Positions 1-9,205 of a DNA stretch of 64,000 nt are shown here, piece by piece. The stretch is taken from the NCBI GenBank assembly GCA_020057405.1, contig JAGVFW010000011.1, positions 36,344 through 100,343 of the forward strand, read 5' to 3'. Made by a program: the position numbers and the translations under genes. The stretch comes from an archaeon (GTDB taxonomy: Archaea > Micrarchaeota > Micrarchaeia > Norongarragalinales > UBA97). Below the pieces are notes generated by a model, which did no database searches, was not told where the DNA came from, and saw nothing but the letters and a program-made list of their open reading frames with translations. Each line of letters starts with the position of its first letter. The stretch's first letter is position 1.

Positions 1-28
1 ATGCGATCTACCGTTGATCTACCAGCCC
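1..28 (-). tRNA. 5' part of a tRNA, probably tRNA-Ala, truncated by the window edge
   Basis: Minus strand reads GGGCTGG-TA-GATC-AACGGTA-GATC-G-CAT: acceptor strand, U8A9, paired D stem GATC/GATC and GG in the D loop. A GGGC start with GATC D stem is typical of archaeal tRNA-Ala. TTTAAA box about 30 nt upstream. Anticodon lies outside the window. Confidence 0.7.
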
Positions 29-71
29 GGCAAATAGGGTATGTGTGAAAAAGCCTTTAAAGCGGCAGGCT

Positions 72-296
72 TTAGGCGGGTGACACGAAGACAACCGTGT
101 CGCCGCGCAGGAGAACGGTGCCGAGCTTTCGCTTCAACTCGCCGTTTTTCAGCTCCTCGCCGTTGTCGATGACGAGGTTCATGTGGACGTCGAAGCTGGC
201 GAGCGTGCCGCGGATTTCGACGTCGCCCTTAAGCTTTACTAGAACGTTATTGTTTAGTGCCGCGTTCAAAACATCGAACGGCCTTTTTTCAGCCAA
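72..296 (-). CDS. Sm/Lsm-like archaeal protein (SmAP)
   Basis: Sm1/Sm2 motifs [15 protein letters not shown] and [15 protein letters not shown] start after AGGTGG. Confidence 0.93.
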   Translation of the reverse strand: MAEKRPFDVLNAALNNNVLVKLKGDVEIRGTLASFDVHMNLVIDNGEELKNGELKRKLGTVLLRGDTVVFVSPA

Positions 297-320
297 AAAA
301 ACCACCTACCCTAAATATTC

Positions 321-1097
321 TCAGACGCGAAAGATTCGCGTTATCTGCTCTACTAATTCTGCCAGCCAGTCCTTTTTAACCTTGCTTTCGTCGACCGGCT
401 CGCCAGTTAGCTCTCCCGCAAGCACGCGCATCCTCTGGGAAAAAGTAGTATTCGGGAATTTGAGGAAAACCGGTTCCTGCGTGGCGCTGGCCCGGCGAAC
501 GTTGGCGTCAATTGGCGACTGCGCCAAAAGCTTGGCCTCAAGCACCGTGCCCATGTCCTTGGCGCTTACTTCAGCCGCGTCGGCGTAGTACATGTTGTAG
601 ACAAAACCAGCCACGCGCACGCCGTTCTTCTCGGCAAACGAGCGGACTTTAAGCGCGTCAGCCAATGACGAGGGCTCGGGCGTGACGACGACAAGCAGTT
701 CTTTTGCGGCCTTGATGCCGGCTTGCGCGTCAGGCGCCAGGCCTGATGGGCAGTCGATGATGACGAAATCAAAACTCTTCAGTTCCCCAACCGCGGCGCG
801 CAGGCGGCCGTAATCAATTCGCCTGATGCGCTCGGTGCTAAGCCCGGCAGGCACGTAGTTTAAGCCCGCGGGCCCGTCGTAGACGGCGTCGCGCATGGAC
901 GCCTCGCCAGTAAGCACGTTGTGGAGGCTGATTGGCGCGCGGTCAACGCCAAGGAGGATGCCGAGGTTCGCCATGCCAACGTCTGCGTCGACAACGCAGA
1001 CTTTAAGGCCCTTCTCGGCAAGCGCAAGCCCGAGATTTAGCGAGACGCTGGTCTTGCCTACGCCGCCCTTGCCGCTTGCAACCGCTATTGAACGCAT
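321..1097 (-). CDS. minD: MinD/ParA family cell-division ATPase
   Basis: Deviant Walker A SGKGGVGKT, DADVGMANL, IIDCPSG, VTPEPSSLAD. Confidence 0.9.
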   Translation of the reverse strand: MRSIAVASGKGGVGKTSVSLNLGLALAEKGLKVCVVDADVGMANLGILLGVDRAPISLHNVLTGEASMRDAVYDGPAGLNYVPAGLSTERIRRIDYGRLRAAVGELKSFDFVIIDCPSGLAPDAQAGIKAAKELLVVVTPEPSSLADALKVRSFAEKNGVRVAGFVYNMYYADAAEVSAKDMGTVLEAKLLAQSPIDANVRRASATQEPVFLKFPNTTFSQRMRVLAGELTGEPVDESKVKKDWLAELVEQITRIFRV

Positions 1098-1100
1098 TTT

Positions 1101-1655
1101 TCATTCACCGTCGTCGCCGGCGAGGCGCTCAAGCAAGTCGTCCACGGCAGGCAGGCCGTCATCGCCGGCCGAAGGCTGCGCTACTGCGCCGGAGACCTTG
1201 TATTTCTTTAGAAGCTCGTCGCGCGTTGGCGATAGGGATTGGAACTTGAATTCCTCCTCGAAGAGCGGGTCGAACTCGATTTTGCGCGGCCTTAACTCCG
1301 CCGCGGAGGGAATGTATATTGCCGCCTCGTTAAAGGCAATCGCCAGCTGCACCTGCTCGTTGGTCAGCTCGACGACGTCGATGACGCCCTTAATCGCCGT
1401 CGAGGCATTGAGTACGCGCTTGAACGCGTCGCCGCCGACGGCCATCTTGCGAAAAGCGTAGTACTCGTAGAAGCTCGCGACGGGCTTTCCGTCGTCAAAA
1501 ACTTGCGTGCCTTCTTCGATGCCGTACTTTCCTTGCGTTGCGATTGCCGCGTAGCCTGAAAACTTGCGGTCTGAAAGCTCGCGGAGGAGAGCGAAAAAGT
1601 CTATAACGGCGACGTCAAGCCCCGTCTTTAGGGCATTGCCTGAGGGCAGGTTCAT
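1101..1655 (-). CDS. DUF2226-like archaeal protein
   Basis: N-terminal MNLPSG and the FSGY...EEG pattern recalled for DUF2226; this family is often next to archaeal minD. Confidence 0.6.
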   Translation of the reverse strand: MNLPSGNALKTGLDVAVIDFFALLRELSDRKFSGYAAIATQGKYGIEEGTQVFDDGKPVASFYEYYAFRKMAVGGDAFKRVLNASTAIKGVIDVVELTNEQVQLAIAFNEAAIYIPSAAELRPRKIEFDPLFEEEFKFQSLSPTRDELLKKYKVSGAVAQPSAGDDGLPAVDDLLERLAGDDGE

Positions 1656-1702
1656 CGAGTAGACTAATTCAACGGATGGTTAAAAACCTAAGCACTTCCG
1701 CG

Positions 1703-3175
1703 TCAACCGCGCAAGTGGGGGTGGAGAATCTCTGCAACTCGCATTGAAGCCTGTATTCTTGAAGCGTCCTTGCCATTTGCTTTGGCCAGACGGGCCTTGA
1801 CGCCGGACAGAAGCGATTGCGCGTTGTTTAGTTTTGACGCCCACGTGCTCCAAGCAGGAGTGCCGGGCCGCGCGTGGCTGGGGTGCTCGAGCGAGTAGGC
1901 GTACACTGCAGTTGAAAGAGCGCGCTTGATGTCAGACACCTTGAAATCATGTTTCAGAAATTCGAGCTCACGCAGTATATCGTCGTGGCCGGGATGGTGG
2001 CCCAGGCCTTCTTTTTTAAGAGTTTCTGTTAGCGTGGCGCCGTTTCCATTGGCTTCGGCCGCGGATTTTGCTTTGGCTGCGGAAGCCTCAAAAAGCGAAA
2101 GGACGTTTGCAATCGGTTTCTTAGCAGCCCGTTCGGCAATCTCAGCGTGCGTCGTCACTTTGGCCTTCACGAGCTTGCAGGCGCGCAGGAAAGTGGACAA
2201 ATCCAGCCGGGAATAGTGCGCGAGGTCCGAAGGCGAACTGCCGGCCTCCTTGATGTTCTCGATTGCGGAAACGATTTTCCCAAGGTTGCTTACGCCGAGG
2301 GTGGCGTGGACTTCGATAACGTCGTTGATGGAATGCCCTCCGTCAAAAACGTCGCTTAATTCAGAGAACCGGCTGTTTCGGGCAACGCCTAGAGGCAGTA
2401 CGCGCCAAGCGGCCATCTTGTGCATCAGCAACACCAGCGACCTTGCGGTCGTGGAACCGCCGGCACTCCTGATTAAAGCCTCGGCCCCGGCTTCGGGCGA
2501 GCGGTCGCCAGGCGGCAGGCTAAGAAAGACACCAAGGGCATCCTCAAAACCCAGTTTCTCCGACACTTGACTGATTTTATCATAATCGATGTCCCTAGCG
2601 TGCTTTAGGATGTGATCGTATTCGGATAGCACTTCAAGACCCGCGGTGTCGAAAAACCTTGCGATAAAATGCTGCGAGCGCGGGTCGATTCCCTCACCAA
2701 TCGCTTCCTTGAGCTTGTTTGGAGGCACGCTGCGGTCCAAAAGCCAGTCTATCGAATCGACTGAATTGCTTGTTTTCTTGTCTTTAGAGCCTGCCCAAAT
2801 TCTGGCCGAGGCTTCTGGCGCCTCAATGATGCTTTTCAGGAGCTGCCTTAGCTGTGCCGGTTCTGAAAACACGCCCTCAGCCGTAGTCGGCAGGGGATTC
2901 TTAACGCCGCCAGTGCCTTTGATTCTGATCATCCCTTGTTCTGCAACAATTTCGGATAACTCGTCAAAAGGCGCCATCAGGTATGCCTGTCCCTGGGCAC
3001 TGGACAAGTGATTATAGAAGTACGGCAGCGAAGACTCGAGAATCTCCCGCGAGAGGTCCTGCGGGTCGCGCTTAAGGTGTGTAGAGAGGACTGAAACCAG
3101 TGGAGTTCGCGAAAAGCTGGCGGCGTGCTCGTCTGCAATCCGCTTGAACCTATCCTCAAGTTCACCCTTGCGCAT
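1703..3175 (-). CDS. Hypothetical protein (490 aa ORFan, mostly helical)
   Basis: Long open frame that fills the gap between neighbours; no recognisable motif. Confidence 0.75.
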   Translation of the reverse strand: MRKGELEDRFKRIADEHAASFSRTPLVSVLSTHLKRDPQDLSREILESSLPYFYNHLSSAQGQAYLMAPFDELSEIVAEQGMIRIKGTGGVKNPLPTTAEGVFSEPAQLRQLLKSIIEAPEASARIWAGSKDKKTSNSVDSIDWLLDRSVPPNKLKEAIGEGIDPRSQHFIARFFDTAGLEVLSEYDHILKHARDIDYDKISQVSEKLGFEDALGVFLSLPPGDRSPEAGAEALIRSAGGSTTARSLVLLMHKMAAWRVLPLGVARNSRFSELSDVFDGGHSINDVIEVHATLGVSNLGKIVSAIENIKEAGSSPSDLAHYSRLDLSTFLRACKLVKAKVTTHAEIAERAAKKPIANVLSLFEASAAKAKSAAEANGNGATLTETLKKEGLGHHPGHDDILRELEFLKHDFKVSDIKRALSTAVYAYSLEHPSHARPGTPAWSTWASKLNNAQSLLSGVKARLAKANGKDASRIQASMRVAEILHPHLRG

Positions 3176-3179
3176 GAGT

Positions 3180-3650
3180 TCACTCTTTGAGGTTGATGAC
3201 TATGTCGGCCGCGTTTCGTAAGGCGCTGGAGAAGTCGGGCTCGCAGCCGGCTACGATGGTTTCCTTGCCGTGCGCCTTTGCCTTCATCACGACGGGCTTA
3301 AAATCGCTGTCGCGGCTGACTATGGCGATGACGTCGATGTTGTCATTGAAGCTCGCCTCAACCGCCTCGACCGCGAGGGCCACGTCAACGTCTGACGGGA
3401 CGACGACAGGATCGAAGCCCTGATTGGTGACTGCCTCGATGAGCTTGTCTGAAGCGTACTGGTCTAGGAAAACCTTGGCGACCTTCATCTTGCCGTGCTT
3501 GGCGAGCGTCTTTCGCACCTTTTCGAGGTCGATGCCGAGCTCTTTTCTAATGATGTTGGGGCCGTCGACAAAGCACGCGATGTTCTTCTCGCCCTTCTTC
3601 TTCGCCATCAGGGCCTTAAGGCCTTCAAGCATGTTTGGAACGTTAGCCAT
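3180..3650 (-). CDS. NYN-domain protein (TIGR00288-like)
   Basis: FVDGPN, DVDVALAVEA, SRDSDFKP, ALRNAAD. Start overlaps the TatD stop (TAATG). Confidence 0.88.
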   Translation of the reverse strand: MANVPNMLEGLKALMAKKKGEKNIACFVDGPNIIRKELGIDLEKVRKTLAKHGKMKVAKVFLDQYASDKLIEAVTNQGFDPVVVPSDVDVALAVEAVEASFNDNIDVIAIVSRDSDFKPVVMKAKAHGKETIVAGCEPDFSSALRNAADIVINLKE

Positions 3651-4393
3651 TATTTCCACCCGAAAAACTTTTGCGCGTTTGCACAAAGAGCCTCGGCGAC
3701 AACCGCCAAGTCCTCATTGCGGCCAGACGCGACGACTTCGTAGGCGGCCACGACGTCTTTCGGTTCGCTTACGATGCCCGGCCCAAGCCCAAAGGGCGAG
3801 TCGGTCTCGCAAGCAAGTGACGCCAGCGGCAGCTTACGAGCAATCTTTAGCCGAGAGTCGCTTTTAATGGTTGGCAGCGAAACCAGCCTGCCCGCCGGCG
3901 CGGCGGCCTTCTCGGCAAGCTTCTCAAGGAGGAAAAAGTGCATCATCGCCGGAACTGAAGGAAATTCGGCGAGAATCTCAAGCACCCGCTCTTCAGCCTT
4001 CCGAGAGTGGACGACGACGGGCAATGCCAGTTCCTCGGCAAGCGCGAGCTGGCTGCGAAACGCCTCCTCCTGGGCAGGAAGTTCTGCCTGCCCGAAGTGG
4101 TGGGCGTCGAGGCCAATCTCGCCGATGCCGACTATGGAGTCGCGGTTGGCGCGGATGAAAGAGAGTTGCTCTTGCAGGTCGCACTTGGGAACGTCGTAGG
4201 GCGAGACGCCCAAGACGACTTCAACGGTTTTCGGAAAGCGCTTGTGAATCGAGAGCTGGGCGAGGTTTGCCGCGGGGCCGGAACCGGCTGAAACGGCTTT
4301 AGTCACGCCGGCCCCAATGGCTCGGCTGACGATGGCATCGAGGTTGCCGTAAAGCAGCTCGTGCTCAAGATGGCAGTGGAAGTCTACAAACAC
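3650..4393 (-). CDS. tatD: TatD family hydrolase
   Basis: DFHCHL, GIGEIGLD, VVHSR, ETDSP. Confidence 0.92.
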   Translation of the reverse strand: MFVDFHCHLEHELLYGNLDAIVSRAIGAGVTKAVSAGSGPAANLAQLSIHKRFPKTVEVVLGVSPYDVPKCDLQEQLSFIRANRDSIVGIGEIGLDAHHFGQAELPAQEEAFRSQLALAEELALPVVVHSRKAEERVLEILAEFPSVPAMMHFFLLEKLAEKAAAPAGRLVSLPTIKSDSRLKIARKLPLASLACETDSPFGLGPGIVSEPKDVVAAYEVVASGRNEDLAVVAEALCANAQKFFGWK

Positions 4394-4453
4394 GTCTTTT
4401 CACCAACACTCTTTAAAAGCTTGTGTGGCCACAAAGTAATAAAACTCGTTTCT

Positions 4454-4861
4454 ATGGTGGTAGCAGTGTCTGGAAAAATTTTCTCTACTATGGGCGACTT
4501 AAAGCTGGGCAAGTATGTCATGATTGACGACCACCCCTGCCGCATCGTGAGCATGGACAAGAGCAAGCCCGGAAAGCACGGCGCGGCCAAACTCAGCGTA
4601 GTGGCAATCAGCCTGTTTGACAACTCCAAGCGGTCGCTAATGAAGTCAACCGACGCCGACTGTGAAGTCCCGATTGTGGAACGAAGGCGCGCCCAAGTAA
4701 TCAGCGTCGCTGGCGACAGCGCGCAGCTGATGGACCTTGAGACTTACGAGACGTTCGAAATCAGCGTCGATGCGGAAATACGCACGCAGCTTGAGGCAGG
4801 CAAGGAAATCCAGTACATGGATGTCATGGGCCGCCGCACGCTCGAGCGCGTCTACGAGTAA
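4454..4861 (+). CDS. eif5A: Translation factor aIF-5A
   Basis: Hypusine motif SKPGKHGAAK, QLMDLETYETFE. True start may be the GTG at 4466. Confidence 0.95.
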   Translation: MVVAVSGKIFSTMGDLKLGKYVMIDDHPCRIVSMDKSKPGKHGAAKLSVVAISLFDNSKRSLMKSTDADCEVPIVERRRAQVISVAGDSAQLMDLETYETFEISVDAEIRTQLEAGKEIQYMDVMGRRTLERVYE

Positions 4862-4902
4862 AAAGACTGTATTTAAATGCGCGTTGCGAAAGAACTGCGT
4901 AT

Positions 4903-5940
4903 ATGCGCAAGCTTTCCTTTTTGCTGGCATTCGCTTTGGCAGCGGCAGCATCGTTTGCCGCTGCAGCCGACTACAACGTCACGCAAAGCGGCACGTTTTT
5001 GCTCACCGTCGACGACTCGCTTTACATGGGCAACCTGCAGGTAAAGGTCCTCGACTCTGCCCCGCCTGACGCGATTGCCGTCGCAGTCTTTACCGGCGGG
5101 CTCAAGCAATTTGGCTTTACGCGAATCGGCCGCGGGCAATACCTTGACCTGCCGCCCTATTCCATCCAGTTCCAAGAGTTCAACTTGTTTAACGGCACCA
5201 ACTACGCGAATGTTAGCGTCTACATCGCGCCGACGCCAACCCCGGCGCCCACGGCAACGCCGGAACCTACTGGCGATGGAAGCGCGGTAACCCCAGAGCC
5301 GACACCCTCTGACGGCAGTGGCACAAGCGGCGTGACTGAACAGCCGCTTGAGGACGACAATGGATATCCGGTGGGCGCCCTGACTGCCGAACAGGCGGCG
5401 CAGTCGCCCAACTGCGAGGGCGCGAGTGCGTTAAACGCGATTGCGGCAATAAGTCCCCAAAGCGTAGCGCAGGGCGACCGGGTCAACGCGCTTTTGCAGG
5501 ACGCGGCTGCTGACTCAAACTCGATTGCGAATGCGACGCTTCGGGTAATCTACCCGTCGGGCAAGGAATTTGAAATCAAGACCGACACCCTCGGCCTCAC
5601 AAGCTTCATCGCGGTTGAGAAAGGCAGGTACACTATTTTGCCGGGCGGGTGCTTCCAGCTTCCGCAAACCCAGGTTTACGCATATCCTGACGCCGTGCCG
5701 GGGCTTGCAAAACAGGCCATTCCCGCACCGGCACTCGAGTTCTTCATCGACAATTATTTCGCTATTCTGGCAATCATCGTCGCGATTCTCCTCCTCACCG
5801 TCGCGTGGTTCACTTACGACTTTATTAACGAGAACACGTCCCTAGATGAAGCGCTGGAGAAGTTCGAAAACTGGCTTGAAACGCAGGTGGCGGCCCTCAA
5901 GATACAGCTCTTTGGCGGCAAGCAAGAAAAGAAGAAGTGA
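4903..5940 (+). CDS. Secreted, membrane-anchored hypothetical protein with a Pro/Thr linker
   Basis: Signal peptide, PTPTPAPTATPEPT linker, C-terminal TM helix and basic tail. Confidence 0.75.
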   Translation: MRKLSFLLAFALAAAASFAAAADYNVTQSGTFLLTVDDSLYMGNLQVKVLDSAPPDAIAVAVFTGGLKQFGFTRIGRGQYLDLPPYSIQFQEFNLFNGTNYANVSVYIAPTPTPAPTATPEPTGDGSAVTPEPTPSDGSGTSGVTEQPLEDDNGYPVGALTAEQAAQSPNCEGASALNAIAAISPQSVAQGDRVNALLQDAAADSNSIANATLRVIYPSGKEFEIKTDTLGLTSFIAVEKGRYTILPGGCFQLPQTQVYAYPDAVPGLAKQAIPAPALEFFIDNYFAILAIIVAILLLTVAWFTYDFINENTSLDEALEKFENWLETQVAALKIQLFGGKQEKKK

Positions 5941-5946
5941 GCAAAC

Positions 5947-7425
5947 ATGGCCTCTACGATGATGGCGCAACGCGAGTTTGACCTCGATAAGCGCAAGAAC
6001 TTTTCCGAATGGTACAACACCATAATCTACGCCTCGGGGCTAATCGACGGCCGCTACAACGTGGCGGGCTTTGTAGTGCACAAGCCCCTCGCAACTCGCC
6101 TCATGCGCGGCATTTACGCGCTCCTTGAGCCGGAGCTTGAGGCAGACGGCCACGAGCCCGTCGCGTTCCCCACAGTCATTCCGAAAGAGAATTTCGAAAT
6201 CGAGAAAGAGCACGTGGCAGGTTTTGTGCCCCAAGTCTTTTGGGTCACCAAAGGCGGAGGCGAAGAGTTCGCCAGGCCGCTCGCTCTTAGGCCGACAAGC
6301 GAGACTGCATTCTATCAAATGTTTGCCCTCTGGATAAAAGCGCACTCGGACTTGCCGATGAAGTTCTACCAAAGCTGCACGGTCTTCCGCTATGAGCACG
6401 AGACGCTCCCGTTCATCCGCGGCAGGGAATTCCACTGGATTGAGACGCACGATGCTTTTGCAACCGCAAAAGAGGCGCTTGGCCAGACGGCAACTGACAA
6501 CGAGATTTTTTCCCGCGTGCTCTTCGACCATCTTGGCGTGCCGGTGACCGTATTCAAGCGTCCCCAGTGGGACAAGTTCCCGGGCGGGGAAGAGACTTTC
6601 GCCTACGACGTGCTCATGCCAGACGGGAAAATGCTACAGTGCGGAAGCACCCACTACTTGGGCCAGAATTTCACTAAAGCGTTCGGAGTCAAGTTCACTA
6701 AAGCCGACGGCGGCGAGGAATTCCCCTTCAGCACGTGCTTCGGCCCCGGAGTGTGGCGCATCGTCGCCGCGGTTGCAAGCGTGCACGGCGACAACAAGGG
6801 CCTCATCCTGCCGTTTTCCGTTGCGCCCGTGCAGGTGGCGGTAGTGCCGATTGCAAAAGGCGAGAACGCCGAGGCGGTCGTAAAGGAGTGCCGCAAGATT
6901 GCCGCCGGCCTCAAGAAGGACGGCATCAGGGTTGTGTGCGATGATTCGGATAAGTCGCCTGGCTTCAAGTACAACTACTGGGAAATGCGGGGTGTACCCC
7001 TGCGCGTTGAAATCGGCGGCCGCGAGCTCGAGGCTGGCACCGCGACCGTCGTTCGCCGCGACACGCGCGAAAAGAAGGTCGTGCCGCTTGCCAAACTCGC
7101 CGACGAACTGCGAAAGGAAGGCAGTGCGATGCTTGCGACGCTGAAGGACGCCGCTGAAGCCGACTTGAAGGCGCACGTTACTGAAGCCAAGACGAAAGAG
7201 GAAGTCAAGAATGTCCTCGAGTCCAAGGGCGGTTTCGTGCGCACTCACTTCTGCTCGACCGCAAGGGATGGCGAGGCGTGCGCAAAGGAACTCCAGGCAT
7301 TCACTATCGGCGGCAAAGTGCGCGGCACGCTAGTCAACAAGGAAGAAAAGCCCGCGGCGGGCGCCAAATGCGTGGTGTGCGGCCACTCGGCAAAGACAGT
7401 CGTTTACGTTGCAAAACAGTACTAG
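5947..7425 (+). CDS. proS: Proline--tRNA ligase (archaeal/eukaryotic type)
   Basis: LRPTSET, FRYE, IRGREFHW, HYLGQNF, HGDNKGL, C-terminal CVVCG...AKQY. Confidence 0.97.
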   Translation: MASTMMAQREFDLDKRKNFSEWYNTIIYASGLIDGRYNVAGFVVHKPLATRLMRGIYALLEPELEADGHEPVAFPTVIPKENFEIEKEHVAGFVPQVFWVTKGGGEEFARPLALRPTSETAFYQMFALWIKAHSDLPMKFYQSCTVFRYEHETLPFIRGREFHWIETHDAFATAKEALGQTATDNEIFSRVLFDHLGVPVTVFKRPQWDKFPGGEETFAYDVLMPDGKMLQCGSTHYLGQNFTKAFGVKFTKADGGEEFPFSTCFGPGVWRIVAAVASVHGDNKGLILPFSVAPVQVAVVPIAKGENAEAVVKECRKIAAGLKKDGIRVVCDDSDKSPGFKYNYWEMRGVPLRVEIGGRELEAGTATVVRRDTREKKVVPLAKLADELRKEGSAMLATLKDAAEADLKAHVTEAKTKEEVKNVLESKGGFVRTHFCSTARDGEACAKELQAFTIGGKVRGTLVNKEEKPAAGAKCVVCGHSAKTVVYVAKQY

Positions 7426-7434
7426 CTGAATTCA

Positions 7435-8232
7435 ATGACAACGCTGGCTAAAATCGCAAGCTGGGAAAGCACCTCCAACCGCATGACTGCGCTTGCCAGG
7501 CGACTCAGAAACACGAGTTTAAACAATCACGCAAGCTTCGTTTACCGTCTAACCGACAGCCAACGGCCGGTCAGGATAAAAATAAAAAATTTCGGAAAAA
7601 CGAAGGCGGGACCAAGCGACGAAGAAAGCAGGGAACTGATTTTGGATGCCATTTCCTTTCGCGTGCATCGGCCGAAAGGCGCGCGAGGCTACGGCATCAC
7701 GCCCCACTTCATTGACAAGAAAGGCATTTCAGCACTTCACCTCGGCTATCACGACATGCACCAGGCTAGCTTTTACACCGGAGGCGAGCACGATGTTGAA
7801 AACCCGAAGCCGGAAAACCACATTCCAATCGAACCTGTGAAAAAAGGGCTTGCGAAAATAGCCGAAATGATTGGCAACTACAAGAAAGCCACCTGGCTTT
7901 CTGGCCTTAGCAGAAAAGCAATTGACGAACTGGTTAGAGCGGCCAAGAAGGACGGCGGCCATGACGTTACGGTAATACGATTTGCAGTGCATGACAGGGA
8001 GCACGGAAACCTCAACGCCCGCGAGTACTGGCCATACAACCCAAGCGAAGCCGAGCTAAGGCAAAGCGAGGACGAGCTAAGGCGAGAGCTAGTCGAGAGA
8101 ATGCCTCTAAAAATACGAGAAGCGTATGAAAAAGAAGATGCCGAACTCTCGATTTTTAAGAGCAAGTCCGGCAGGGAAACAACGCTTTACGCAATCGTAA
8201 AGACGAAAGTCTTGCCCGAAGAGCACACTTAG
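7435..8232 (+). CDS. Hypothetical protein (265 aa ORFan)
   Basis: Open frame directly after proS, with A-richer codons than proS; no motif recognised. Confidence 0.7.
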   Translation: MTTLAKIASWESTSNRMTALARRLRNTSLNNHASFVYRLTDSQRPVRIKIKNFGKTKAGPSDEESRELILDAISFRVHRPKGARGYGITPHFIDKKGISALHLGYHDMHQASFYTGGEHDVENPKPENHIPIEPVKKGLAKIAEMIGNYKKATWLSGLSRKAIDELVRAAKKDGGHDVTVIRFAVHDREHGNLNAREYWPYNPSEAELRQSEDELRRELVERMPLKIREAYEKEDAELSIFKSKSGRETTLYAIVKTKVLPEEHT

Positions 8233-8423
8233 GCCGCGATGGCCTTGGGCACTCGCCCGTTCATGATGCACAACTCGCCTGCGAGCTTGTTTAACTCCTC
8301 GCCGCTTTTCATGATGTCAAGAGTGCGCACGAAGTTCTTGTTCGCAGTAAAGTCTCCGCTAATCTTTTCAGGATAGCGTTGCACTATTTGCTTGGCAAGC
8401 ACGCGTAAATGTCGTCCTTTCAT
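8229..8423 (-). CDS. rps17e: 30S ribosomal protein S17e (divergent)
   Basis: YPEKISGDFTANK...LNKLAG follows the S17e pattern YP..F..DF..NK...RNKIAGY; AGGTGGT RBS. Confidence 0.75.
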   Translation of the reverse strand: MKGRHLRVLAKQIVQRYPEKISGDFTANKNFVRTLDIMKSGEELNKLAGELCIMNGRVPKAIAA

Positions 8424-8456
8424 CTCAAACCACCTTCGCTCCATAATCTAACATAA

Positions 8457-8583
8457 TAGCCCCGGGCAGATTTTCGTAGGGAAAAATGCGAAATCCTCCC
8501 CTGCTTCGAACTGCCGATCTCCTGGTTCAAAGCCAGACGTCCTTAGCCCCCCTTTCGGGGTTTGGCCGCTAGACGACGGGGCT
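8457..8583 (-). tRNA. tRNA-Gln(TTG) with two non-canonical introns (8543-8561 and 8471-8504)
   Basis: Removing the 19-nt and 34-nt BHB-bounded introns gives a 74-nt cloverleaf: AGCCCCG/CGGGGCT-A, D stem GTCT/GGAC, anticodon arm TCTGG-CTTTGAA-CCAGG, T arm GGCAG-TTCGAAT-CTGCC. Confidence 0.93.
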
Positions 8584-8670
8584 ACCTAACTACTGTGCTG
8601 CAGGCGAATTATTAACCCTCGCGCTTGGCCGAGGCGAATCATTATTACGGCGATTGCGGTAAATTCCTCC

Positions 8671-9168
8671 ATGATAGACTTCCTCAAGCTCGCCCTCTCG
8701 GTAAAGGCCGACGAGACGCAGGCTTACACTACTGCTTTTCTCCCCCCCTTCGTGCTCTTTGCGGTAATGCTGCTTTTGTTCCTCGGCCTCACCCTCGAAG
8801 GCATTGCGATTGCAGTGCTATCCGGCATCGTGATGGGCGGCCTTGCCGTCGTCGGCCTGTGGTTTTTCACCGAAGCGCAGATTGACGGCGTGCTTTCCGT
8901 CCTAGACTACTCGCCTGCAGTCAAGGTAAGGAGCGAAAGCGGGGTTGAAAAAGCACTCGCGCGCGTCACCCGCGTTTTTGCGCAAAAGAACCTGACGCAA
9001 GTGCCCCTAAGCCTAAGCGAGTACGCCTACTACTCCCCTAAGCCATTCGTCGCCGTACTGGTTAAGCCCGCTGGCAGTGGCAGCGAGGCCGCAATCGCGT
9101 TTGACACGGAAAACCCCGAAGCCAGGGCGATTGCGCAACTCTTGGCATCGAGCCTACGAATCAAATAA
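8671..9168 (+). CDS. Hypothetical membrane protein
   Basis: Two N-terminal hydrophobic helices followed by a soluble domain. Confidence 0.7.
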   Translation: MIDFLKLALSVKADETQAYTTAFLPPFVLFAVMLLLFLGLTLEGIAIAVLSGIVMGGLAVVGLWFFTEAQIDGVLSVLDYSPAVKVRSESGVEKALARVTRVFAQKNLTQVPLSLSEYAYYSPKPFVAVLVKPAGSGSEAAIAFDTENPEARAIAQLLASSLRIK

Positions 9169-9205
9169 AAAAGCGCGCCACCTAGTACTTACACAGGTGG
9201 TTGAC

